Source: Pseudomonas phage vB_PaeM_RyC23_M4LORT
Sequence record: PP781973.1
Length of the DNA: 64,000 bases
Reading direction: 5' to 3' (one strand)
In this document: piece by piece, positions 18,171-27,072 of the stretch
Numbering within the stretch: the stretch's first letter is position 1
Layout of the letters: each line of letters begins with the position of its first letter
Translations under genes and position numbers: made by a program
Notes under the pieces: model-generated
The model's database searches: none
The model's input: only the letters and a program-made list of their open reading frames with translations
What the model was told of the DNA's origin: nothing

Positions 18171-19262
18171 ATGGAAAAAGAACAAAGCGAAGATCGCCCA
18201 AGCATCCCTGAGTTTGAGAAGACCGACGCCAACAAACTCTATGATGCTCTGGAGACGATTTCACTGCTGGAGAAGAAGTTGGACGAATCCGAAAAGCGCG
18301 GGAGCGAGCTGGCCGCGAGCTATTGTGACGGCGTAGTCGGCGATGAATACGGCCATCCTTATTGTCGTTATAAAGTGGAACGCGACGCCGCCTTGGCCGA
18401 AGTCGAGCGCCTGCGAGAATCAAAAGGCGATCCCTCTGGCAGCTTCGACAGATGTATGAAGATGATGTACGAGCGCGACGAGAATGCAAAACAACTCGAC
18501 GCCGCCTTGGCCAGGGTCGCGGAGCTGGAAGGGAAGTTGACGGACTGGGTGCACGAAGGGTTCCGGCTCAACGAGGCGCTAGCGGTCGCCAAGGCTCAAC
18601 CCAGCGTGCCGGAAATATCTGGCATCGGTCGCGATGCCGAACATCCCAGAGCTGTAGTGCTGTATCTGCGTAACGAACCCAGCGATGAAGATATGCGAGC
18701 AATTCAGAACTTTTTGCGCGCCATGGCCGCCCTCGCTCAGCACAGCGTGCCGAAAGCATGGCTCGACGTTCAGGCAGAGCGCCGCCGGCAGGTCGAGGCC
18801 CAGGCGCTAAGGCAGGAAGTCGCAGCACTGCGCGCAAGGGCGGATGTTGTGCCGGAGGTGTTCGGGCTTGAGCGGTACCGCGTAGAAAAAACTGGGAAGG
18901 GTTTCTGGCCATACTGCGTGCGTGCGGGGGATGGAACGCGTGAACTGTTCGTCGGCCACTTGAAGCAGTGTCAGCGGGTAGCGACCGAATTGGCTACGGC
19001 GTTTGAAGATGGGAAGTTTATCGCCGCGCCCGGCAGCTCGGCTCAGCACAGCATGCCGGAGGGGTGGAAGCTCGTACCGATGGACCCGACATCGCAGATG
19101 ACCTATGTCGGTCAGTCCCTGCGTTATGACGCGGTAAACAGCATCGGCGAGATTTACCGGCAAATGCTCGCCGTAGCTCCCTCACCCATCGATCCGGCCG
19201 CGCATCCTCAGCCGTGCCAGCAACCACAGGCCCATCCTGCCCGCTGCGGGTGCGAGCGGTAA
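18171..19262 (+). CDS. hypothetical coiled-coil protein
   Basis: 363 aa ORF; ATG overlaps the upstream stop (TAATATGG). Confidence 0.6.
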   Translation: MEKEQSEDRPSIPEFEKTDANKLYDALETISLLEKKLDESEKRGSELAASYCDGVVGDEYGHPYCRYKVERDAALAEVERLRESKGDPSGSFDRCMKMMYERDENAKQLDAALARVAELEGKLTDWVHEGFRLNEALAVAKAQPSVPEISGIGRDAEHPRAVVLYLRNEPSDEDMRAIQNFLRAMAALAQHSVPKAWLDVQAERRRQVEAQALRQEVAALRARADVVPEVFGLERYRVEKTGKGFWPYCVRAGDGTRELFVGHLKQCQRVATELATAFEDGKFIAAPGSSAQHSMPEGWKLVPMDPTSQMTYVGQSLRYDAVNSIGEIYRQMLAVAPSPIDPAAHPQPCQQPQAHPARCGCER

Positions 19263-19285
19263 GTGCCAAGTAAGGAATTCATGTA

Positions 19286-19735
19286 ATGGAACCGAAGAAA
19301 CCTTCACCAGTAGATGGAGTCATCATGACCAGCCTCGACGTTCTCAGGAAGGCAAAGCCTGAAGCCCAGGACGAGTATGCCCTGTCCATGTTCGCAACGG
19401 CGATCCGCCAGAAACTGCAGCGCTCCCGCGATAAAGGTCGAGGCGGCTGGATCGACTGCGACGAAGATGTTCTGATCAACGGATTCGCCGAACATGCGCT
19501 GAAGGGAAATGAGAACAACCTCTTGGACCTGGCGACGTTCCTGATGTTCATGTGGGTGCGCGGCATCGACGATGCGAAGATTCCCCCGGCGCTCGAAAAG
19601 GCGCGGCAGCACAAGATCATGGAAGCATGGAGTCGGGTCCACGAAGATGGACTAAACTCCGCCAGAAAGGCGAGTGCTGCGCGACAGTTCGTGGAAGTGC
19701 CTCGACGCAAGGGGCGCCCGGAGCGACTTGCATGA
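19286..19735 (+). CDS. hypothetical protein
   Basis: 149 aa ORF. Confidence 0.55.
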   Translation: MEPKKPSPVDGVIMTSLDVLRKAKPEAQDEYALSMFATAIRQKLQRSRDKGRGGWIDCDEDVLINGFAEHALKGNENNLLDLATFLMFMWVRGIDDAKIPPALEKARQHKIMEAWSRVHEDGLNSARKASAARQFVEVPRRKGRPERLA

Positions 19736-20808
19736 AGCCTCACGAAATAAGACTGGCACAGGCCGAAGAGTTCCTGCGCGAACTCGGCAGAGGGATTCCG
19801 GACGACGAACGGGTAATGGTCGGCTACGCTGAAGAGGCCACAGTCCAAACCGACGAGAACGGCCGCAAGCTCAACGCCGGCTGGTGGCCTGTGCCCTGGA
19901 AGGAAGGTAAGTACATCAATTCCAGGTCCAACGCCTATGCCTGTATCTCGTCGTCCATCAAGACGCCTAACCCGAAGACCGGCCAGATGCGATACTGGCG
20001 CGGCGAAGCCTCTTTCGGCCACGGCCTGGCGTTGATGGTCGATGACATCGGCTCCGGCAAAGGGTCCAAAGGCGACTTCGACCGCGACGAGTTCCGCGAG
20101 CGACTAGAGCCGACCGCGATTGTGGAGACTTCGCCGAACAACTACCAGTTCTGGTATTTCTTCAAAGAGCCGATGTCCCACATGCTCCAGTTCAAGGCGC
20201 TGCTCTATTCGTTCGTGGACCAGGTGCTAAAGAAAGGCGGCGACAACACAGTCAAGGATGTCAGCCGTTATGGTCGCATGCCATTCGGCTTCAACAACAA
20301 GCGCGGGAAAGACGGCAACTTCAAGTATGCCGACGAAAACGGCAAACCCGAACTGGTGCGCCTGTACAGCGCCGACTATTCCAAGCGATACTCACCGGAA
20401 GAGATCGCCCAGGCCTTCGGAGTCCGCATCATTATGCCACAGATGAAGAAGGTGGAGATAAATCGCGACGATTGGGTTTATGACCAAGTATGGCTGAAGT
20501 ATGCCGAGCACATCTGCACGAAGTACAAGATGGGCGAAGCGGCAGGCGGCCAGGTCCAGCAGAATATGTCCGGCAAATACCGCATCCGCTGTCCATGGGG
20601 CGACGAGCACACCAACGGCGATCCTTTCGGAGCGTACTTTCGCGGACCGATACCTGGCGCCGAGCACGAATATGTGTTCGGTTGCGGGCACGATACTTGC
20701 CGCAAAGAGCATCGCCGGACTTGGGCGGCCTTCACGGATGAAGTCGTGCTACCCTATATCGTCGAACAATTGGAAAGAATCAACCGCCGTCATATCGGTG
20801 AGGAGTAG
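19732..20808 (+). CDS. DNA primase (prim-pol-like N-terminal domain, C-terminal zinc-binding domain)
   Basis: 358 aa from ATG 19732 (ATGA overlap); YACISSSIKTPNPKTG...GHGLALMVDDIG resembles RepB'/prim-pol primases; C-terminal CPWGDEHTNGD...GCGHDTC zinc ribbon resembles primase Zn motifs (CPFHxEKTPS). Confidence 0.6.
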   Translation: MKPHEIRLAQAEEFLRELGRGIPDDERVMVGYAEEATVQTDENGRKLNAGWWPVPWKEGKYINSRSNAYACISSSIKTPNPKTGQMRYWRGEASFGHGLALMVDDIGSGKGSKGDFDRDEFRERLEPTAIVETSPNNYQFWYFFKEPMSHMLQFKALLYSFVDQVLKKGGDNTVKDVSRYGRMPFGFNNKRGKDGNFKYADENGKPELVRLYSADYSKRYSPEEIAQAFGVRIIMPQMKKVEINRDDWVYDQVWLKYAEHICTKYKMGEAAGGQVQQNMSGKYRIRCPWGDEHTNGDPFGAYFRGPIPGAEHEYVFGCGHDTCRKEHRRTWAAFTDEVVLPYIVEQLERINRRHIGEE

Positions 20809-20813
20809 ACAAT

Positions 20814-20999
20814 ATGCAAAACGATCCTGGAATCCTGATTACCGCCATCGGCTTGCTGTTCCTCGGCCTTATCATCTTCTTCGAAGGCCTAAAGGGGTGG
20901 AAAATACAAGTCGCAAACTTCCTCGCGTCGCTTCTGTGCTTCTTCTTCGGCCTTTCTGCTTTGACGTTCTGGTTCGTCGTTGCGTTTGATGTATTTTAA
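20814..20999 (+). CDS. small membrane protein (2 TM)
   Basis: 61 aa; two hydrophobic helices; RBS GAGGAG upstream. Confidence 0.5.
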   Translation: MQNDPGILITAIGLLFLGLIIFFEGLKGWKIQVANFLASLLCFFFGLSALTFWFVVAFDVF

Positions 21000-21146
21000 T
21001 CGACGAACGGTACAGAAATTTTCGGATGGGGACGGAACTTATTAGCTATGCCGGTTTAGGTAGGAGATAATAGCCGTCCCTTTCGCCTCAATGTGTAGAG
21101 GCAATGTTGAATCCGATCATGTAAAGCAGAAGGCGGCAAACCTAAC

Positions 21147-22886
21147 ATGATTATCGACGACGATAACATTCTTGATGATGACGAATCGGGGTCCAGTGAG
21201 TTCGATCTCACACAGATAGAAGATGCTGGAATGGACCCTTTGATGACCGCCGCAAGTAAAGCGGCCGACGATGCGATTGCGAGGAATGAGACTTACCGAG
21301 CGCAAAAGGCAGCAAAGTATGCAGAGGCGTATGCGGAACCAGATTTGAAGAAGCGAGCGCGATTGTTGATGCTCGATCAGGCCTTTGATCTTCCGGTCAG
21401 CCGGCTGGTGAAAGGACCGTTCGACGACTTCATCACCAAGTACAGCTCGACTTCAGACAGCAACTACCTCGCGGTCTATGATACGTTGTTCTGTAAGGGC
21501 GACGGAACTGTCCCACACCCGCACTTCGACGAGTTTCGCGGCCGGCTGGTGGACCACCGAGGCGTGGCGTTCAACAACAAAACCCTCGATCCGATTGACC
21601 TGATGGGCGCCCTCGCGGCTGCGGCCTTGGACGATCCCTCGATTAAGAAGACGATTGAGACTTGCTGCGTTTGGGCGCGTCGATATCGCCGCAACTCGCT
21701 GATCGAGACGTTTGAGAAGAAGATACCGGATTGGGACGGCGAAGAGCGGATCGAAACGCTGCTGATCGACTTGTTCAAACCGTTCGACACCGAGCTTAAC
21801 CGGATGGTGAGCAAGTATTTCTGGCTGAGCTTGTACTGCCGCATCAACTACCCTGGAATCTCGGCGCCGATCTCGTTGGCGTTGATTGGTGGGCAGGATG
21901 CGGGGAAATCATATTTCGGCTTGCTGATCTGTAAGGAACTGTCCGGTGGGCGCGATCTGGCTCCAGTTCAGCTCGACCTGAGCCGACACGACCAGACGCC
22001 GTTCCTGCGCAACATCACCGGCAACTCGGTTATTGCGAACGTCGGCGAAATGTCCGGCTTCAAAAAGGGCGACATGGAACGCATCAAAGAATTCCTGGTG
22101 CGATCTTCGGATACATTCGATCAGAAATTCGAGCCTGGCGAAACGATCAAGCGACAATGGATCACCATCATGGACGGCAACGGATACGATGGACTCCAGC
22201 GGGACGACTCCGGCAACCGTCGATTCTATCCGATGTTCGTGGCACAACTTCCCGACGAAGATGGAAAGCCGAACTGGGTTAAGCCGGGCGATGGTAATGA
22301 ACCGTTCAAGGTGGACTTCACCGACTTCGGTCGCAAATTCTGGCAAGCGATGGCTGAATGCCGCGCATGGATCGAAGAGCATGGTGTCGATGGATACCTG
22401 GATATGGTGTCGGAAGCGAACCGCGAAGTGCAGAAGTTCTCTATTTCGGAAATGGAGAATGCGCGTGGCGTGGTTCGTGATGACACGATTGATATGTATC
22501 TGATCAACGTGCTGATCAGTTGCGAGTTCGAAGAGATCAAGCCTGGCAGGAATTCAAAGAATCCTGGATGGAGAGTCAACACCATCGAAATCCTGAAATG
22601 GTTCGATGTTCTCGCCAGAAAGAAGCCGATTTCTCGCCACTTAACTCCGCACCTGAAGGCTCTGGGATTTGTTCCGAATAAGAATGGCTTGAATGGATGG
22701 TGCCTGCCTGTAGATAAGGTTGCACCTGGATGGACCAGAGATATGCACACGACGTTGCCGCCGTTCAATGATGTGCTTGTATACTTGCTGAGGAAGGTGG
22801 ATTCTGAGGTGACTGATGAAGAGGCAATGATTCAAATCCGCAAAGTTAAGGCCGAGCGCGCAAGGATATTGGGCGAGGATTTCTGA
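21147..22886 (+). CDS. VirE-family / primase C-terminal-like P-loop NTPase (replicative helicase-primase component)
   Basis: 579 aa; P-loop LIGGQDAGKS; acidic N-terminus; layout typical of virulence-associated E (D5/VirE) phage replication proteins. Confidence 0.7.
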   Translation: MIIDDDNILDDDESGSSEFDLTQIEDAGMDPLMTAASKAADDAIARNETYRAQKAAKYAEAYAEPDLKKRARLLMLDQAFDLPVSRLVKGPFDDFITKYSSTSDSNYLAVYDTLFCKGDGTVPHPHFDEFRGRLVDHRGVAFNNKTLDPIDLMGALAAAALDDPSIKKTIETCCVWARRYRRNSLIETFEKKIPDWDGEERIETLLIDLFKPFDTELNRMVSKYFWLSLYCRINYPGISAPISLALIGGQDAGKSYFGLLICKELSGGRDLAPVQLDLSRHDQTPFLRNITGNSVIANVGEMSGFKKGDMERIKEFLVRSSDTFDQKFEPGETIKRQWITIMDGNGYDGLQRDDSGNRRFYPMFVAQLPDEDGKPNWVKPGDGNEPFKVDFTDFGRKFWQAMAECRAWIEEHGVDGYLDMVSEANREVQKFSISEMENARGVVRDDTIDMYLINVLISCEFEEIKPGRNSKNPGWRVNTIEILKWFDVLARKKPISRHLTPHLKALGFVPNKNGLNGWCLPVDKVAPGWTRDMHTTLPPFNDVLVYLLRKVDSEVTDEEAMIQIRKVKAERARILGEDF

Positions 22887-22907
22887 TGTAGTGATGGAGT
22901 GTACTTG

Positions 22908-22942
22908 GACTAGGCCGCCTTCGGGCGGTCTTTTCTTTGGTG
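22908..22942 (+). terminator. rho-independent terminator after the VirE-like gene
   Basis: AGGCCGCC-ttcg-GGCGGTCT followed by TTTTCTTT. Confidence 0.7.
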
Positions 22943-22949
22943 AGGCGTA

Positions 22950-23560
22950 CATTCTATTAGGTTGTGGCCGAGTGAGATTCGGAAGCTATCTGGTAATTAG
23001 GATGGGGTGGCGATGGTGTATTATGGAAAGTTCGTGGACGGTGGATCGAGGATTTTGTGTGGTGAGTGGGTGGATTATGGAAAATCGACGATTCTGACTG
23101 GATTTTTGGGGTCGGCCGCGCCGGTCTTACTGGTAATTACCGAAACCGGGAATTTGGGTCGAGCCTTAGTGCCGCGTGGGCTTGAAGCGCTTATTCGGAT
23201 ACTTCCCGGTTTCGGATGCAGCCGCAAAAGTATACTACAGCGAAAATCGATTGCACAATCCTAATAGAAAAAATCTATCACGGACGTTACCTATCTTTAA
23301 AATTAATAAAATTAATAGTAATTTGGTAATTTGGTAAACTTTAGTATTTGAAAGCCTCGCGGCACTAAGCTTGTACATATCCCGTCAAGTTTCCGATTCC
23401 AGCCAGCTCGCGGCAGGGTCGCCGGAAACTTCCGGACTTCCAATCCATGGGTCGCGGCAACACCACGGCGGACTAAGCGGCAGGCACCAAAACTCGACGA
23501 ACGGAACCGGAAATTTGGGAGCGCGACAGAATCGCTCAGCTGGACATATTTCTAACATTC
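22950..23560. repeat. iteron-like direct and inverted repeat cluster with AT-rich core (candidate origin, pac site or regulatory hub)
   Basis: perfect 13-bp inverted repeat CCGAAACCGGGAA (23140-23152) / TTCCCGGTTTCGG (23204-23216); direct repeats ATTATGGAAA (23021-23030, 23074-23083) and AACCGG(G)AAATTTGGG (23144-23159, 23502-23517); motif TCGCGGCA at 23355, 23407, 23451, 23769, plus an inverse copy at ~23170; AT-rich stretch 23281-23345; palindrome CCGGAAACTTCCGG (23421-23434). Confidence 0.5.
23321..23400 (+). repeat. conserved ~75-nt element, copy A (core AAAGCCTCGCGGCAcTAaGCTT...ATCCCGTCAAGTTTCCGA)
   Basis: ~80% identical to 43163-43240; an inverted partner of the core lies at 23165-23188. 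Confidence 0.7.
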
Positions 23561-23847
23561 TATTTAACACTCAATCCAAACACTCACCACCATCGTCTCC
23601 CGCCAACCGCCGACTCGATCCTCACCCACCAGCGGATCGCCCGTATAACATCCTATAACACCACCTAACACTCATTCATCATCAAACCCACCCAGACCTA
23701 CAGCCCACCCACAAGCAGCCCATAGACGCGATCCCTGGCCCCATAGTACAATCGCGCCATACTCAGTGTCGCGGCAGAGCACCAGGCCCATCCACCACCA
23801 ACGCCACCGCGACGACTCCAGAATCGAACTCAGGGACGCAGCACCAA

Positions 23848-24417
23848 ATGACCAAACACTACAGCCCCGACGATCTAGTCACGCCACAGGAATTCGCAGA
23901 CCCGCATTTCGCGGCGATCAACCAAAAGCGATTCGACCTGTACATCGACCTGCGCGTCCAAGGCTACAGCTCCTGGCGGGTCTTCCGGGCCATCTGGGGT
24001 GAGGAGCACATGGACGGTCCCGCCCAGGCTCGCATCTTCGCGATGGAGTCCAACCCGTACTATCGCAAGCAGTTCAAGGCCAAGTTGAACGCGACCAAAA
24101 CGTCCGACTTGTGGAATCCAAAGACGGCGCTCCACGAACTCCTCCAAATGGTTCGTGACCCCACCGTCAAGGACTCCAGTCGTCTGTCGGCCATCAAGGA
24201 ATTGAACGTTCTGGCTGAAATCACGTTCGTGGACGAGTCTGGCAAGACCAGGATCGGTCGCGGTTTGGCCGACTTCTACGCATCAGAAGCCGAGGCTCAG
24301 ACCGCGACCGTCGCTGCTGCGGCCGAAGCCAATGGCTATGTGCCGGAAGGCGAAGAGGGCGATTTCCCGTCCCCGACGCCGGAACCGACCGAGGAAGACC
24401 GCGCCAACCCCATTTAG
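23848..24417 (+). CDS. putative terminase small subunit (tentative)
   Basis: 189 aa; N-terminal LVTPQEFADPHFAAINQKRFDLYIDLRVQGYSSWRVFRAIWGEE resembles the HTH region of TerS proteins (LTPKQExF...Y...G.N...A...AGYS); acidic C-terminus; sits right after the repeat-rich non-coding region. Confidence 0.35.
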   Translation: MTKHYSPDDLVTPQEFADPHFAAINQKRFDLYIDLRVQGYSSWRVFRAIWGEEHMDGPAQARIFAMESNPYYRKQFKAKLNATKTSDLWNPKTALHELLQMVRDPTVKDSSRLSAIKELNVLAEITFVDESGKTRIGRGLADFYASEAEAQTATVAAAAEANGYVPEGEEGDFPSPTPEPTEEDRANPI

Positions 24418-24537
24418 ACATAAAATAACATCGTTCTAGGCCCGAATCGGACCGAACTAAGGCGACGGTAGCGGGAAGGGACGAAAAACGATTCTAGGGC
24501 GGTTCTAGGAAGTCGGAGCCTAACCCTCAGAAACGAC

Positions 24538-24580
24538 AAAGCCCCGGACTCTAGCTCAGAATCCGGGGCTTTCTTTTGGG
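24538..24580. terminator. bidirectional rho-independent terminator between convergent genes
   Basis: AAAGCCCCGGA...TCCGGGGCTTT with T-run CTTTCTTTTG on plus; usable from both strands. Confidence 0.6.
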
Positions 24581-24584
24581 CGCC

Positions 24585-25199
24585 TTATTCGCCAGCTTCG
24601 ATGATTTCGAAGTTGTATTTGACGCCTTCGTGCTCGAAAGTCATTTTGCCAGCCGCCTTCAGCTGCATGCGGAAGCGGATGTGTTTCGAAGAAGGCAGGC
24701 CGAACTCGATGAATGCTGCGTTGGTGGACCGGAACTCGCCGCGCTTGCCTTTGACAGTCACAGCCACGCCATGGCGCTGAGTGCGTTTCTTGGAAACTTC
24801 CGGGTCTTTCCAGGAGTTGGCGATGGCTGCCGACAGGTCTTTGGACTCTTTGGCTTTCTCCGGAGCGTTCTTGGCCTCTTCGCGCATCTTCCGGATTTCT
24901 TCCAGCGCTTCCTCTTCGGTGATCTCTTCTTCAGGCTTCAGATTCTCTTCCTCGGCCTTCTCTTCTTCCTTCTTCTTGGAAGTGCGGGTTTTGTAGACTT
25001 TGGCCGGGGCTTCCTCTTCCTGGAAGGCTTCTTCCTCGGCCGGCAGAGCATTCAGGATGGCGAGGCAGCGACGCTCAGCAGTCTTGCGGTCAGAGAAACG
25101 CTTGACAGTCGCATCGGCGTTGTGGGCGTTGTAGAAGGCGACCAGTTCTTTCATTTCTGCGTTCTGGATGTCGCCGAAGGTTTTGATGGAGTTGGTCAT
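24585..25199 (-). CDS. hypothetical protein (acidic, K/E-rich middle)
   Basis: 204 aa; SD GAGGA upstream; driven by the promoter at 25263-25290. Confidence 0.6.
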   Translation of the reverse strand: MTNSIKTFGDIQNAEMKELVAFYNAHNADATVKRFSDRKTAERRCLAILNALPAEEEAFQEEEAPAKVYKTRTSKKKEEEKAEEENLKPEEEITEEEALEEIRKMREEAKNAPEKAKESKDLSAAIANSWKDPEVSKKRTQRHGVAVTVKGKRGEFRSTNAAFIEFGLPSSKHIRFRMQLKAAGKMTFEHEGVKYNFEIIEAGE

Positions 25200-25254
25200 T
25201 TTGCGATCCTCTGTTTTGGAAGATTTCGTTCGGGCTTCGGTTTGTCGCCCCGTT

Positions 25255-25300
25255 GAAAGAGATTATGCCTAGGTCGATGCTGCGTGTCTACATTTATTTC
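25255..25300 (-). promoter_or_regulatory. sigma70-like promoter (minus strand)
   Basis: minus-strand -35 TAGACA (25285-25290), 17-nt spacer, -10 CATAAT (25263-25268) inside GGCATAATCTC. Confidence 0.6.
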
Positions 25301-25339
25301 ATCAGATTGATCGCAAAGCCGACGAACGGTTGTCGGATG

Positions 25340-25372
25340 TGAAAACACCGCAGAGCAGGCTGCGGTGTTTGG
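25340..25372 (-). terminator. putative terminator downstream of the 25389-26099 gene
   Basis: minus-strand AAACACCGCAGcctgctCTGCGGTGTTT + TCAC; the T-run is partly within the stem. Confidence 0.35.
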
Positions 25373-25388
25373 TGGGCGAGGGCGATGG

Positions 25389-26099
25389 TCAAGCGAACGG
25401 ATCGCCCAGCATATCTTCAGACGGGGCACGTTGCATATCGCCCAGCTTGTCTTCGTCAGTTGCCGGACTGGACGGGATCGCGCCGGACCGAAGCGACAGA
25501 GATTCCGACTGCCTGCTCACCTGCGGAGCCGGAGGAGCCGGAGGAGCTTTTGGCGCAGTAGGGGCAGGCGGGACCGGCAGGCCTGGAGGAGCCATCGGCG
25601 CCATGGGCGGCTCCGGAAGATCGGGCAGGTCAGGAAGACTCGGCGCTATGCCGCCAAAGGACCGCTGCGACTGCTGCGCCGGATTGTCGCCGAACATTTC
25701 GGCGGATCGGTTGTCCTTGATGACTTGACCTATGGCCGTCTTGTCGCCGCCCGGCTCTGCCGGATCGAAGCCCGTGACTGGCCTGGTTACGCAGCGCATG
25801 TTCGGATGGGTAGGCAGATTTTTCAGAACTATGGAATCTGCCCAGACATACGGATTCTTGTGGTTGCCGGGTCCGTGGCTGATGATCTCGGCAGGAATAT
25901 GGCCGTTCATGGTGAGCCATTCCGCCATCCCTTGCCGAGTCAGCGGGCTTACCACGATCTGGCCAGTAGACTCTTCGGCGACGGCGAACAGATCACCGAG
26001 CTTGAACCCGATGATTATGTAGTTGGACCTGGACTCGCCGACGAAAGCCAGGGTTTCGATGTTGTGGTGGATATCTTGGTCTTCCCAGATGTAAAGCAT
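25389..26099 (-). CDS. hypothetical protein with Pro-rich C-terminal half
   Basis: 236 aa; N-terminal ~110 aa globular; C-terminal PDLPDLPEPPMAPMAPPGLPVPPAPTAPKAPPAPPAP low-complexity tract. Confidence 0.55.
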   Translation of the reverse strand: MLYIWEDQDIHHNIETLAFVGESRSNYIIIGFKLGDLFAVAEESTGQIVVSPLTRQGMAEWLTMNGHIPAEIISHGPGNHKNPYVWADSIVLKNLPTHPNMRCVTRPVTGFDPAEPGGDKTAIGQVIKDNRSAEMFGDNPAQQSQRSFGGIAPSLPDLPDLPEPPMAPMAPPGLPVPPAPTAPKAPPAPPAPQVSRQSESLSLRSGAIPSSPATDEDKLGDMQRAPSEDMLGDPFA

Positions 26100-26109
26100 G
26101 ATGCGCTCC

Positions 26110-26421
26110 TCAATAAGGCTGCTTGTTGTATTCGACCAGAGACATACCGGCCGGAACTTTGAAGCGGACGTATTCGATCATCATCGCCGTTCGACGCCGA
26201 TTCTTGCCAGACTCGTCATTAACGAAGAGTTCGCACTGATGCGGAATGACTCGCGTCACCAGGTCTTCGCCTTTCGAACCGTAGAACTTGATGTAGGCTG
26301 CGACGCCTCGCGTCATGTTCAGATGGACCGTTTCGCAGAGTCGCTGCGCGGCCGACGCGCTGGACAGATCGTTTGGACTGACCGTCACCCAGTAATGGCC
26401 ACTTTGTTCTTTATCGGACAT
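26110..26421 (-). CDS. hypothetical protein
   Basis: 103 aa ORF. Confidence 0.5.
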   Translation of the reverse strand: MSDKEQSGHYWVTVSPNDLSSASAAQRLCETVHLNMTRGVAAYIKFYGSKGEDLVTRVIPHQCELFVNDESGKNRRRTAMMIEYVRFKVPAGMSLVEYNKQPY

Positions 26422-26473
26422 AAAATGTCCTCCAATGAGAAAGCCTCTGCCGAGTCGCAGAGGCTGGTTGTTG

Positions 26474-26704
26474 TTAGTCGCGCTTCAACAGAACGACTTT
26501 GTCATATGCGCGATATTTACCGCGCCAGTCTTCCCAGTAGTCGCCGGCCGGGCAGGTAAGCTCCAGGGTGATTTCGTCGCGCCAGCATTCGACAGAAAGT
26601 ACAATCGCCTTGTTCCTGGCTGCACCCTCTGCGGCATCTGCTCTGAGCTTAATCAGAATTTCGTCGCCAGTTTTCAGCTCATCAACTCTTACAACTTTGG
26701 CCAT
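26474..26704 (-). CDS. hypothetical protein
   Basis: 76 aa from MAKVVRVDEL; strong SD AGGAGTG 8 nt upstream; the longer upstream extension lacks an RBS. Confidence 0.5.
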   Translation of the reverse strand: MAKVVRVDELKTGDEILIKLRADAAEGAARNKAIVLSVECWRDEITLELTCPAGDYWEDWRGKYRAYDKVVLLKRD

Positions 26705-26759
26705 GACACACTCCTGTTTGAAGAGGCGAGGCCGGAACCAACCCAGCCGCGCCGATGGA

Positions 26760-26984
26760 TTAACGTTTGTGAAGGATGGACACTGCGTCCACGTCGAGGA
26801 TGCTAATGGTACGGCGACGGCGCGGATTGCTGCGTTCATGGATGCGAATCAGGTTCGCAGCTGGAGCTTTGTCCACCACCCATATATCTTCCGGCTTCTG
26901 CTTCCGGAGCAGGACCGTCACTTCTGCGTTCTGGGCGAGGCCGTTGCAGATGAACGTGAACTTGGACGAGGGAGTTCTGTACAT
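26760..26984 (-). CDS. hypothetical protein
   Basis: 74 aa; downstream of the promoter at 27035-27064. Confidence 0.5.
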   Translation of the reverse strand: MYRTPSSKFTFICNGLAQNAEVTVLLRKQKPEDIWVVDKAPAANLIRIHERSNPRRRRTISILDVDAVSILHKR

Positions 26985-27029
26985 GTCGAGATTCCTTTTT
27001 GGACTTCGGGTCCGGCTTTTCAGTCGGTG

Positions 27030-27072
27030 AAGAGATTATGCCTGATCATCACCGTCGAGTAAAGCACTTATG
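27030..27072 (-). promoter_or_regulatory. sigma70-like promoter (minus strand), AGTGCTTTACT family
   Basis: minus-strand GTGCTTTACT (-35 TTTACT, 27059-27064), 18-nt spacer, -10 CATAAT (27035-27040). Confidence 0.55.

Noticed and set aside
21000-21146. Long-loop inverted repeat GGGACGG...CCGTCCC upstream of the VirE-like gene as a terminator
   Set aside because: The loop is ~50 nt and there is no adjacent T-run. More likely fortuitous or a weak regulatory hairpin.
22887-23847. Possible tRNA, CRISPR array or small protein gene in the large intergenic region
   Set aside because: No T-loop-like GGTTCGAATCC or cloverleaf was recognisable. The repeats are heterogeneous (several short families, inverted as well as direct) and not evenly spaced like CRISPR repeats. 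The only short ORFs (22891-23097, 23007-23264, 23371-23658) lack an RBS and overlap the repeats.
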